A DNA stretch of 64,000 nt from Eubacteriales bacterium (GTDB taxonomy: Bacteria; Bacillota; Clostridia; Oscillospirales; JAAYXM01). The position numbers and the translations under genes are program-made. Below the pieces are notes generated by a model, which had not been told where the DNA came from, made no database searches, and worked only from the letters and a program-made list of their open reading frames with translations. The number at the start of each line of letters is the position of its first letter. The stretch's first letter is position 1. The stretch covers positions 1,787-65,786 of the forward strand of contig JAZNNQ010000002.1 of NCBI GenBank assembly GCA_045580305.1. The letters are read 5' to 3'. This document shows, piece after piece, positions 45,443-54,878 of the stretch.

Positions 45443-47566
45443 ATGTCAGATTATGAATGGGGCGACGAGAACTTGGATGAGTTTTCCCTTGAAGATATAC
45501 TGGCGGAATTCCGCGAGGACAAGCCGAAGTTCGAGCCGAAGATCGATGATATTTTAGAGGAGTTTCGCGAGGAAAAGGCAAAGCCTGCTGTACAACCGGA
45601 AGAGGCTGATGAGCAGGATAAACCGATTATCGATCAGGGTCTTTTTGACGAGATAAAGGCTGAAAATGCAAAACCCAAGACAATGAAGAAGCAGGCGAAG
45701 CAGAAAAAAGGCTTCTCCTCAACCTTTGATATTTTCCGCAAAAAGGACAAAACTCCCGAGAAAATGCCCACAAAGACAAATGCTCCTCACGCGGTACTTG
45801 CTGAGCGCCCGCCAAAGGTCAAAAAGGACAAGGAAAAACTGTCCAATACCATTGACTTAAATAAACTTTTTGAAAAGGGTGAGGAGTACGATCGTGCCGT
45901 GGAAACAAAGCACGAAAACTACGAGAAGCCGTCAGACTATGTGCGCCACAACGCCCTCCGCGTTCGCTCGGGCGTATTCCTTGTTATCTTAAGCTTTATC
46001 GTAATGCTGCCCGCAATTTACTTAAATTTCGGCGCATCCATGGGCCTTCCCATTCCCGAGGCTATCTCCTGGGACGCACACCCCTTCAGGTACTTAATTG
46101 CGCTCAGCGGTCTGCTGTTGGCGTCTGTCCTTATAAATGTCAAAATCTTCTGGCGCGGTTTAAAGGGCATCTTTACATTAAGTGCCAATATGTACTCAAT
46201 GATAACCGTGTCGGCGGTGGCATCCCTTGCCCACGCGGGCTTTATGATGCTGAATCGCGACTGCCGTCAGAGCCTGCCTTATTGCGGCATCTGCGTGGTG
46301 CTTCTCTTCTTTTCATCCCTGGGTCATTATTTCAGGGAGAGTGCGCGCCTTCGTGCCTGCAAGGCGGCTTGCGCCTCAAAGACACCCAGCGGTATCTTTA
46401 TTTCCGAGCGCGACGGGCAAATTAATCTTATCAAGCACCCGGTTACCGAGACCGAGCCCTTTACAAAATATGTGTGTATGCCCGACGGCGCAGAGCGTTT
46501 CTGGACATATCTTGCGCCAATTCTGCTTATATTAAGCTTAGTGCTGGCGTTTATCGCATCTGTGGGTCGCGGTCAGGCGCAGAACTTCTTCTGGGCATAC
46601 GCGGCGATAACCTCGGTGGCATCGCCATTCTTTATCCTGCTGTCCTACGGCTTGCCCTTCTCCAAGATAACAAAAAAACTCAGCGTAATGGGCGCCGCGC
46701 TGGGCGGCTGGTACGCGGCATTTTCGCTATCTGGCAAGCGCAATCTCATTATGCGCGACAGCGACCTTTTCCCCAAGGGCACCATCAGCTCCCACGGTAT
46801 GAAGGTGTTTAACGACTTCTCCTACGACACTATCGTGTCCTATGCGACCAGTATGCTCTCCGCCGCAAAAAGCGGTCTTTATCCGCTGTTCTCCGAGATA
46901 CTCAAGAGCCAGTACGGCAAGTGCGAGCCGGTCCATCAGCTTATGCACCACGAGGCCGGCGGTATGCAGGGCGAGATAAACGGCGACAATGTGCTTCTCG
47001 GCACAGAGAGCTTCGTTCTCCGTATGAGCGTGCAGCTTTTGGAGCGCAGTTCGGCTAAAAACACATTGTATCTTGTAATAAACGGCCGACTTGCCGCTGC
47101 ATTCAATCTCAAGTACCGCCTCAGCGAGGATGTAAAGGCGGGCCTTGATAACTGTGTACAGGGCAGGGTAAATCCGGTGCTTGCATCGGTTGACTGTAAC
47201 CTTACACCGGTTATGATCGAGGATGAAATGGGTCTTAAATCGGGTACTATCGACTATCCCAATATTGAGGAGCGCCTTGACCTTTCCGGTGAGGAGCAGT
47301 ATCTGGAATACGACCCCTCCGCATTTATCACCCGCGCGGGTCTTACACCCTTTGCGGCGGCGGTAAATTCCGCACGACGCCTGCGCAAGGTGACCATCCG
47401 CAACACCGTGCTCGCCACCGTGTGTGCGGGTCTGGGTGTGGCGTTTATGTTCTACATCACATTTGTACAGTCTTTTGAGTCGGGCGCGCCCTATAATGTG
47501 TTTATCTATATGCTGCTTTGGACGCTTTCCGTATATATTTTATCATCGAGAGGTAATGTAAATTGA
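45443..47566 (+). CDS. large membrane protein; resembles a degenerate P-type (P1B-like) ATPase without the DKTGT motif (tentative)
   Basis: 707 aa. Charged low-complexity N-terminus, then TM blocks. LFFSSLGHYFRESARLR.. and ..LVINGRLAAAFNLKYRLSEDVKAGLD.. recall P1B ATPases. No DKTGT found. Confidence 0.35.
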   Translation: MSDYEWGDENLDEFSLEDILAEFREDKPKFEPKIDDILEEFREEKAKPAVQPEEADEQDKPIIDQGLFDEIKAENAKPKTMKKQAKQKKGFSSTFDIFRKKDKTPEKMPTKTNAPHAVLAERPPKVKKDKEKLSNTIDLNKLFEKGEEYDRAVETKHENYEKPSDYVRHNALRVRSGVFLVILSFIVMLPAIYLNFGASMGLPIPEAISWDAHPFRYLIALSGLLLASVLINVKIFWRGLKGIFTLSANMYSMITVSAVASLAHAGFMMLNRDCRQSLPYCGICVVLLFFSSLGHYFRESARLRACKAACASKTPSGIFISERDGQINLIKHPVTETEPFTKYVCMPDGAERFWTYLAPILLILSLVLAFIASVGRGQAQNFFWAYAAITSVASPFFILLSYGLPFSKITKKLSVMGAALGGWYAAFSLSGKRNLIMRDSDLFPKGTISSHGMKVFNDFSYDTIVSYATSMLSAAKSGLYPLFSEILKSQYGKCEPVHQLMHHEAGGMQGEINGDNVLLGTESFVLRMSVQLLERSSAKNTLYLVINGRLAAAFNLKYRLSEDVKAGLDNCVQGRVNPVLASVDCNLTPVMIEDEMGLKSGTIDYPNIEERLDLSGEEQYLEYDPSAFITRAGLTPFAAAVNSARRLRKVTIRNTVLATVCAGLGVAFMFYITFVQSFESGAPYNVFIYMLLWTLSVYILSSRGNVN

Positions 47567-48447
47567 TTAAAAGATCCGGTATGGTATCAATCGTAGGTCG
47601 CCCCAATGTGGGTAAATCCACGCTGATAAACGCCCTTGCGGGGGAGAAGATCGCGATTGTAAGTGACAAACCACAAACCACCCGTAACCGTATTATGGGT
47701 GTTATAACAAAAGGTGAGTGTCAGGTGGTCTTTATGGACACACCGGGCATCCACAAGCCGAAAACCAAGCTGGGCGAGTATATGGTAAAGGTAGTACGCG
47801 ACTCGGTTTGCTATGTTGACGCCATCCTTATGCTGGTGCATCCGGTTGCCGAGATCGGCAAGGCTGAGGAGGCACTTATCGAGAGCATTGCGGCGTCCAA
47901 CCTTCCCGCGATACTCGTTATAAATAAGATCGACACGGTGGAGCCGGAAAAACTCTTCCCGGTAATCGCAATGTATAAAGAGCGCTTCGATTTCGAGGCG
48001 ATCATCCCGATCTCAGCGCTGCAAGGCGACGGGGTTAAACTTGTGCTGGATGAGGTGGAAAAGTTCATTCCCGAGGGTCCTGCGCTGTTCCCCGAGGATA
48101 TGACCACCGATCAGCCGGAAAAGGCAATGATTGCGGAGATAATCCGCGAAAAACTGCTTAATTCTCTAAGCCGTGAGGTGCCACACGGCACCGCGGTGGA
48201 GATAACCAAATTCACAGAGCGGGAGAATGAAATTATCGATGTCTGCGCCACCATCTATTGCGAGAAGGCGAGCCACAAGGGCATCATCATCGGAAAAAAG
48301 GGCGCGATGCTTAAAAAGATAAGCAGCGAGTCACGAGAAGAGATAGAGCGCTTTATGGGCACCAAGGTCTACCTTGAAACCTGGGTCAAGGTCAAGGAAA
48401 ACTGGCGCGAGAGCGACTTTTTACTGAGGAACTTCGGCTATGAATAA
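47563..48447 (+). CDS. era: GTPase Era
   Basis: IVGRPNVGKSTLINAL, DTPG, NKID, C-terminal KH domain. Confidence 0.95.
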   Translation: MIKRSGMVSIVGRPNVGKSTLINALAGEKIAIVSDKPQTTRNRIMGVITKGECQVVFMDTPGIHKPKTKLGEYMVKVVRDSVCYVDAILMLVHPVAEIGKAEEALIESIAASNLPAILVINKIDTVEPEKLFPVIAMYKERFDFEAIIPISALQGDGVKLVLDEVEKFIPEGPALFPEDMTTDQPEKAMIAEIIREKLLNSLSREVPHGTAVEITKFTERENEIIDVCATIYCEKASHKGIIIGKKGAMLKKISSESREEIERFMGTKVYLETWVKVKENWRESDFLLRNFGYE

Positions 48448-49180
48448 AACCCATCGGGTGGAGCGGGGCATAGTACTCCGTGCCACAGCCTATAAGGACG
48501 CGGATGTTATGCTCACCCTGCTTACCGAATGTAGCGGCAAGCTCTCGGTTATGGCGCGGGGTGCACGCCGAAAGGGCAGTAGACTTGGCGCCGCAATAGA
48601 GCCGCTTGCTTATTCCGAGTTTACACTTTACAGTAACGGCAACAGCTTCACATTAAATGAGGCAGAGCCGATAGAACTGTTTTACAGTCTGCGCTCGGAT
48701 CTGGACGCGCTCACCCTGGGTAACTATTTTGCCGAGGTGGCGGACAGAGCGGCAGATGCGGAGTTTGCAGACCCTCATCTTCTGCGGCTGGTACTCAATT
48801 CCCTTTACGCGTTAAGTAAAAAATTAGCGCCAATTGAACTTATAAAAGCCGCATTTGAACTTAAAATCGCCTGCCTTGCAGGTTATCAGCCAAGCCTTTT
48901 TATCTGCGCCAACTGCGACACACCCGTTGCCGAGGGTCGCTTTAGCGTAACCAACTCCGCCATTTACTGTAACTGCTGTCCTCAGCCGGGCGTCTTTTTG
49001 GACAGTGGTGTGCTCGCCGCAATGCGCTATATAATCGGCGCGGATGTAAAGCGGCTATTCTCCTTTAAATTGAGTGATAGCGGGGTCAGGATTATGGGTG
49101 AGCTTTGTGAGGCGTACCTTAAGCACCACTTCGATTGTGAATTTAAAAGCCTGAATTTATATAATACGATTAAAGTATAA
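48440..49180 (+). CDS. recO: DNA repair protein RecO
   Basis: 246 aa. Follows era (conserved synteny). Zn-finger CANCD..CNCC. Confidence 0.85.
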   Translation: MNKTHRVERGIVLRATAYKDADVMLTLLTECSGKLSVMARGARRKGSRLGAAIEPLAYSEFTLYSNGNSFTLNEAEPIELFYSLRSDLDALTLGNYFAEVADRAADAEFADPHLLRLVLNSLYALSKKLAPIELIKAAFELKIACLAGYQPSLFICANCDTPVAEGRFSVTNSAIYCNCCPQPGVFLDSGVLAAMRYIIGADVKRLFSFKLSDSGVRIMGELCEAYLKHHFDCEFKSLNLYNTIKV

Positions 49181-49360
49181 AAGCCTCCCTCTGATGAGGG
49201 AGGTGCCGAGGCACGAGGCGGAGGGAGAGATGCTCCCAATTTACTTTATCTCTCCCTCAGTCAAACCTTCGGTTTGCCAGCTCCCTCGTCAGAGGGAGCC
49301 CGTAGGGGTCGGCCTCCCGGGCGACCCGTATTCCGGAAGGGATAAATCCCTTCCCTACGC
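49181..49360. repeat. REP-like repeat cluster (three motif types)
   Basis: aagcctccctctgatgagggagg; tctccctcagtcaaaccttcggtttgcc; ctccctcgtcagagggagc; ggggtcggcctcccgggcgaccc. Confidence 0.7.
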
Positions 49361-49378
49361 TTGTAAAGGATAGAGAAA

Positions 49379-51763
49379 ATGACTGATTTAACGCTAAAAT
49401 CAATAAAAACCTTAGAGCTTCCCGCGGTACTTGAGCTTCTTGCGGCTCAGGCAACTGGTGAGGAGGCTAAAAGTCTTGCCCGAAACCTTGTGCCTTTTAC
49501 CCATATCGAGGATATAAAGACCGCGTTGGGCGAGACCGACTGTGCAAAAAATCTTATCTCCACACGGGGCGCACCATCCTTTGCGGGCATCCGCAATCCG
49601 GAGTCCTCGGTGTTCCGCGCAAGTCGCGGCGGTGTGCTCTCCTGTAAGGAGCTTCTTGCCATTGCGAGCCTTCTTAAATGTGTGCGAGGTGTTGTAAACT
49701 GGCGCGGGGAAGAGGGTAAGCTATCACTTGACCCCTTCTTCTTCTCACTTGTGCCCAATAAATATTTAGAGGACGCTATCAATACCGCGATAATAAGCGA
49801 GGACGAGGTGTCCGACCGTGCGTCCGCAACCCTTGCGGACATCCGCCGCAAAATGCGGGAGAAAAATGCAAAAATCCGTGACTCGCTCTCCAAGATCATC
49901 TCCTCACCCACACAGTCAAAGCTCCTGCAGGAGGCGATCATTACTCAGCGCGGCGGCAGATATGTAGTGCCGGTAAAGGCAGAGCATAAGACCCTTATCC
50001 CGGGTATCACACATGATGTTTCCGCCTCGGGCGCAACACTTTTTATAGAGCCGATGGCGGTAGTGAACTTGAATAACGATTTAAGAGAGCTTGAAGGTAA
50101 AGAGAAGGACGAAATTGAGCGCATCCTCGCGGAACTTTCCGCCTCGGTGTCCGACTATGGCGAGGCGCTTAGTGAAAACTATAAGATACTGACCCGTCTT
50201 GACTTTATCTTTGCAAAGGCAAAACTGTCCTTTGAAATGAACGGCGACGCGCCGGATGTGAATGATAAGGGCGAAACACTCTTAAAGCACGCCCGCCATC
50301 CGTTACTTGATAAAAAGAAGACCGTTCCGGTGGACATCCGCTTAGGCCTTGATTTTGACACCCTTATTATCACCGGCCCCAATACCGGCGGTAAAACCGT
50401 GTCCCTTAAAACCCTCGGTCTTTTGACAATTATGACCCAGTGCGGCCTGCACATTCCCGTGTCCGACGGAAGTCAGGTGGCGGTATATGACAAGATTTTT
50501 GCGGACATCGGTGACGAGCAGAGTATAGAGCAGTCACTTTCCACCTTCTCGTCACATATGGTAAATATCGTGGCGATACTTAAAGAGGCTGACTCCTCAT
50601 CCCTCATTCTGTTTGACGAATTAGGCGCCGGCACCGACCCGGTAGAGGGTGCGGCCCTTGCGGTAAGCATTATCGAATATGCCCGCGCCCTTGGCGCAAA
50701 GATCGCCGCAAGCACACATTATACCGAACTTAAGAGCTATGCGCTTACCACCGAGCATGTGGAAAACGCAAGTTGTGAATTTGATGTTGCCACCCTGCGC
50801 CCCACATACAAGCTGCTTATCGGCGTGCCGGGTAAGAGTAACGCTTTTGCTATTTCAAAGAGTTTGGGCCTTCCCGAGTATATTATCGACAAGGCAAGCA
50901 CGCTGCTGGACAGCGAGGACAAGCGCTTTGAGGAGATAATAGAGAGCCTCGAGGAAAAGCGATGCGCGCTGGAGCGTGACCGTGCCGAGGCGGCGCGACT
51001 TCGCCGTGAGGCAAGCGAGATATACCGTCGCGCCGAGGAATTTGACGCCAAAATCGAACACGATCGCGACACAGCACTCCAAAAGGCAAAGGCGGAGGCG
51101 GAGCGACTCATCAAGGATGCCCGCGCTACCGCAGATCAGGTCTTTGACGAGCTGAGCGAGCTTCGCAAAAAGAAAATAAAAGACGACAATTACAAGCAGG
51201 AAAATGAGGCCCGTGCCGCACTCCGCAAGAGTCTTAATGAGGCTGAGGATAAGCTTCACGGTATGAACAAGAAAAAGGCAAAGGTCGCCGAAAAACCCGC
51301 CCGCCCCTTGAAAGTGGGCGACACGGTAGAACTTATAAACCTGGGCGCAAGGGGTACTGTGCTCACCCTGCCCGATAAAAACGGAAGCCTTCAGATCCAG
51401 GCGGGTATTATGAAGGTAAGTGTAAAACTCCGCGAGTTAAAACTTGTTGAAAACAGCGGCGATAAGACCGTGCAGGACTTCATAAAAAAGAAAACCATAG
51501 AACTTCGAAATGTCAAAATCGCCCCCGAGGTGGATCTCCGCGGTATGATGGCGGAGGAAGCAATTGATACTCTGGAGCGCTATATTGACAACGCCTTTCT
51601 CGCGAAGCTTCCCTCCGTGCGTATCATACACGGCAAGGGTACAGGCGTACTCAGAAAGGCTGTTCAGGACTCACTCAAAACCAACCGCCATGTAAAATCC
51701 TTCCGCCTTGGCACCTTCGGCGAGGGCGAAACGGGAGTTACCATCGCGGAACTCCGTATATAG
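49379..51763 (+). CDS. mutS2: endonuclease MutS2
   Basis: 794 aa. Walker A ITGPNTGGKT, long coiled coil, C-terminal Smr domain (..IIHGKGTGVLR..). Confidence 0.95.
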   Translation: MTDLTLKSIKTLELPAVLELLAAQATGEEAKSLARNLVPFTHIEDIKTALGETDCAKNLISTRGAPSFAGIRNPESSVFRASRGGVLSCKELLAIASLLKCVRGVVNWRGEEGKLSLDPFFFSLVPNKYLEDAINTAIISEDEVSDRASATLADIRRKMREKNAKIRDSLSKIISSPTQSKLLQEAIITQRGGRYVVPVKAEHKTLIPGITHDVSASGATLFIEPMAVVNLNNDLRELEGKEKDEIERILAELSASVSDYGEALSENYKILTRLDFIFAKAKLSFEMNGDAPDVNDKGETLLKHARHPLLDKKKTVPVDIRLGLDFDTLIITGPNTGGKTVSLKTLGLLTIMTQCGLHIPVSDGSQVAVYDKIFADIGDEQSIEQSLSTFSSHMVNIVAILKEADSSSLILFDELGAGTDPVEGAALAVSIIEYARALGAKIAASTHYTELKSYALTTEHVENASCEFDVATLRPTYKLLIGVPGKSNAFAISKSLGLPEYIIDKASTLLDSEDKRFEEIIESLEEKRCALERDRAEAARLRREASEIYRRAEEFDAKIEHDRDTALQKAKAEAERLIKDARATADQVFDELSELRKKKIKDDNYKQENEARAALRKSLNEAEDKLHGMNKKKAKVAEKPARPLKVGDTVELINLGARGTVLTLPDKNGSLQIQAGIMKVSVKLRELKLVENSGDKTVQDFIKKKTIELRNVKIAPEVDLRGMMAEEAIDTLERYIDNAFLAKLPSVRIIHGKGTGVLRKAVQDSLKTNRHVKSFRLGTFGEGETGVTIAELRI

Positions 51764-51950
51764 CGATATAAATTACCAGGGGTAATTTGCGATATGCTTT
51801 AAGGCGCGATATATGCGATGCATACGATATGCCTTGCGGCACGATAATTTATATCATATCGCAATCGCAAAGTGAGCGGTTATATCGCATTTTGAATAAC
51901 AAAATATACCGCACGAACGAAGTGAGTATATCGCGAAAGAGGAGTTATTG

Positions 51951-52295
51951 ATGGAAAACAAAACAATAAAAGAATTGGCAGTCGAACTGACAATTGAAAT
52001 AACAACTGTATGCGATGATATTAAAGGGTGAGCTGTATTTACAAATCAGCTTCTTCGGTCATGTTCCTCTGTAGGGGCGAATGCATATGAAGCGAAATAT
52101 GCACAGAGCAAAGCGGATTTTATAAGCAAAATGGAGATTGCACTTAAAGAGTGTTATGAAACAGAGTATTGGCTGGAAATCCTTTTTAAAATCGGCGCTA
52201 TTGATGACGGAACTTATAAAAAACTTATTAACAAAAGTGGTACAATAAGGAGAAAACTTATTGCATCCGTTAAAACGGTGAAAACCCCAAAATAA
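51951..52295 (+). pseudogene. four-helix-bundle protein (23S rRNA intervening-sequence protein family) interrupted by an in-frame TGA at codon 27
   Basis: MENKTIKELAVELTIEITTVCDDIKG-TGA-AVFTNQLLRSCSSVGANAYEAKYAQSKADFISKMEIALKECYETEYWLEILFK.. in a single frame. Stop at 52029-52031. Confidence 0.7.
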
Positions 52296-52470
52296 GTTTT
52301 TGTAAAGTGTTCATAAAAATCCTTATAGTGAAAATATACAAGAATTACACCCTTGAAGGTGAAAAATTCTTGTCTTTGACTATGAAAAAACAGTTGACGA
52401 AGTGACTTGAAATTTGTTATTCTATGTATAATAAGAATGATAGCAAATTTGTGAACGGAGGCCACATTTT

Positions 52471-52734
52471 ATGTGTTCTAAAGTAGTTGTAATCAATAAC
52501 CAGATCGGACTTCGTGCCCGTCCTGCAACCTTCTTTATCCAGAAGGCAAACGAGTTTAAATCAAGCATCACCGTTGAGCGTGAGGAGCGTCGCGTTAATG
52601 CGAAGAGCTTACTTGGCGTTCTCTCCCTTGGCATTGTTAAGGGTACCGAGATCACTATCACCGCTGAAGGTAGTGACGAGAATGAAGCACTTTTAGCACT
52701 TTGCGAGCTTGTAAACTCCAACTTTTCCGAGTAA
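52471..52734 (+). CDS. HPr-like phosphocarrier-fold protein with Arg at the His15 position (Crh-like)
   Basis: 87 aa. GLRARPA where HPr has G(I/L)HARPA. The Ser46 context is retained (VNAKSLLGVLSL). Confidence 0.8.
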   Translation: MCSKVVVINNQIGLRARPATFFIQKANEFKSSITVEREERRVNAKSLLGVLSLGIVKGTEITITAEGSDENEALLALCELVNSNFSE

Positions 52735-52753
52735 TTCATAAAGAAGATCATTT

Positions 52754-52786
52754 AAAAGGCAGGATGGGTAATCCTGCCTTTTTTTG
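52754..52786 (+). terminator. rho-independent terminator
   Basis: ggcaggat-gggta-atcctgcc followed by TTTTTTT. Confidence 0.85.
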
Positions 52787-52790
52787 TCAA

Positions 52791-53065
52791 AGCCGAGGGA
52801 AAATGATGCCCCTTAAGGTTTTAAAACTTAAATTTCGCGAAATACCGCATAAAATTCTGCAAATATACGCCAGTATTATTCTTGAATTTTACTTGTCTTT
52901 CGACAAAATTTATTGTTTTAAAACTCTTCGACCTTAAACGCCGGAAAATTTTATGGATTTTCGGTACGGAGGACGAAGGTAGGCTGGCGCCTTGCGAGGA
53001 CGACAAGGCGAAAAGACGAAAATTTAACAAGTTTAAGGCTTGAGGGGCATCGTTTTCCCTCGGCT
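52791..53065. mobile_element. MITE-like element: 22-bp terminal inverted repeats enclosing ~230 bp of non-coding A+T-rich DNA
   Basis: agccgagggaaaatgatgcccc (52791-52812) against ggggcatcgttttccctcggct (53044-53065), 21/22 complementary. Imperfect complementarity extends further inward. Confidence 0.45.
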
Positions 53066-53079
53066 AAGGAGGTGATTAT

Positions 53080-54876
53080 ATGGTCAATTTACACGACAAG
53101 GCGAGAAGCCTGCCCGCACTTCCCGGCGTTTACATTATGATGAACAAAACAGGTGAAGTGATATATGTCGGCAAGGCGAAGAAACTGATAAACCGCGTAA
53201 GCTCATACTTTGCGCCAAATCCCAACCACAATTACAAAACCTCGGTTATGGTAAGCCGTGTGCACGATTTTGACTATGTGGTCACCGATACCGAATTTGA
53301 GGCGCTGATACTTGAAAACTCACTTATAAAGCGCCATAAGCCGCGGTATAATATACTTTTAAAGGACGATAAGGGCTATCCCTTCATCCGCCTTGATGTG
53401 AAGGCGGAGTATCCGCGGTTTTCCATCGTGTCAAAAATCGCCTCGGACGGTGCCCGTTATTTCGGACCTTACGGCGGCAGATCACTTTCCAAGGCCGCCA
53501 TTGACGCGGTGTGTCAGGTAATGAAACTTCCCACCTGCAAGCGGGCATTTCCCCAAACCATCGGGCGTGGCAGACCCTGTTTAAATGCCCATCTCGGCAG
53601 ATGCGACGCGGTGTGTGGCGGCAAGGTATCAAAGGAAGAATATCGGGCAAAAATCGACCGCGCCATAGAGCTTTTTGAGGGCAAGGGCGAAAAGCTGCTT
53701 GCGGAAATGCGGGCGCGAATGGAAGTTCACGCCGAAAAGATGGAATTTGAGGCGGCGGCAAAGCTCCGTGACGAAATACGCGCCATTGAAAACCTCGGCG
53801 TGCGGCAGAAAATTATTTCCGGCGCACTGAGCGATACCGATGTAATCGCGCTGGAAATAGGGGAGAGCAAGTGTGCTTTCTCGGTGCTCCATTATATCGA
53901 GGGCGCGCTCTTGGAGAGCGAGTGTGAGCTTATTGACACTCCGGTATATACAGAGCGTGCAGAACTTCTTGCGGACTTTATCCGTCGGTACTATATGCCC
54001 AAGCGTGTACTGCCGAAAAACATATATGTAGCAGGTGAGGTGGCAGATTGCACCCTTCTGTCGCAATGGCTCACTTCGGTTGCAACACATAAGGTGGAAC
54101 TTACCTCACCCCAGCGTGGCGACAAGGTAAAACTTACCCAAATGGCACAGCAAAACGCGGCGGAAAAGTTAAAGATTGCGGTAAGTGACGAGGAAAAATG
54201 CGCCCGTGTAATCGAGGATTTGCAGCATCTGCTTGGTTTAGATAAGCCACCACGCCGTATAGAGTGCTACGACATTTCAAATACCGGCGGCGAAAATCAG
54301 GTAGCGTCAATGGTGGTCTGGCAGGACGGAAAGCCGAAACGCTCGGACTATCGCAAATTCAAAATTAAAACCATAGCTGACCAGAACGATGTGGAGGCCC
54401 ACCGTGAGGTAATCTCCCGCAGGATGGAGCGGTATAACGCGGGTGATGCTAAATTTTCGCCTCTGCCCGACCTTATTTTCCTTGATGGCGGCAAGCCGCA
54501 GGTAAACGGTGTTGTTGCGCTGGGTATCGACATTCCCGTGTTCGGTCTTGTCAAGGATGAAAAGCACCGCACCCGCGCGATAATAAATGCGGCGGGTGAG
54601 GAGGTGTCCATCTCCGCATCGCCCGCGGTTTTCAAGCTTTGCGCGGGCATTCAGGAGGAGGTGCACCGCGTCGCCATTTCCTACCACCGTTCACTGCGCG
54701 ACAAGGTAGGCTCCACCCTTACCAAAATTGAGGGCGTGGGCGAGGTGCGCGCAAAAAAACTTTTACGCCATTTTAAAAGCATTACCGCCATTAAAACAGC
54801 CGATGTTTCCGAATTAGCTGCGGTGGTGCCCGAGGATGTGGCGATTAACATCCACAATTATTTTAAGGAGAAATAA
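53080..54876 (+). CDS. uvrC: excinuclease ABC subunit C
   Basis: 598 aa. GIY-YIG N-terminus (PGVYIMMNKTGEVIYVGKAKKL), with UvrBC and HhH regions. Confidence 0.95.
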   Translation: MVNLHDKARSLPALPGVYIMMNKTGEVIYVGKAKKLINRVSSYFAPNPNHNYKTSVMVSRVHDFDYVVTDTEFEALILENSLIKRHKPRYNILLKDDKGYPFIRLDVKAEYPRFSIVSKIASDGARYFGPYGGRSLSKAAIDAVCQVMKLPTCKRAFPQTIGRGRPCLNAHLGRCDAVCGGKVSKEEYRAKIDRAIELFEGKGEKLLAEMRARMEVHAEKMEFEAAAKLRDEIRAIENLGVRQKIISGALSDTDVIALEIGESKCAFSVLHYIEGALLESECELIDTPVYTERAELLADFIRRYYMPKRVLPKNIYVAGEVADCTLLSQWLTSVATHKVELTSPQRGDKVKLTQMAQQNAAEKLKIAVSDEEKCARVIEDLQHLLGLDKPPRRIECYDISNTGGENQVASMVVWQDGKPKRSDYRKFKIKTIADQNDVEAHREVISRRMERYNAGDAKFSPLPDLIFLDGGKPQVNGVVALGIDIPVFGLVKDEKHRTRAIINAAGEEVSISASPAVFKLCAGIQEEVHRVAISYHRSLRDKVGSTLTKIEGVGEVRAKKLLRHFKSITAIKTADVSELAAVVPEDVAINIHNYFKEK

Positions 54877-54878
54877 AT

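Noticed and set aside
52029-52031. The in-frame TGA in the four-helix-bundle gene as evidence for an alternative genetic code or selenocysteine.
   Set aside because: TGA clearly terminates many well-defined genes here, including the WYL regulator at 1659-1661 and the TIR-NB-ARC gene at 23224-23226. I could discern no SECIS-like hairpin immediately downstream.
52701-53030. ORFs 52701-52937 (+) and 52821-53030 (-) between the HPr-like gene and uvrC.
   Set aside because: They lie within the inverted-repeat-bounded A+T-rich element. Their translations are low-complexity and they have no RBS.
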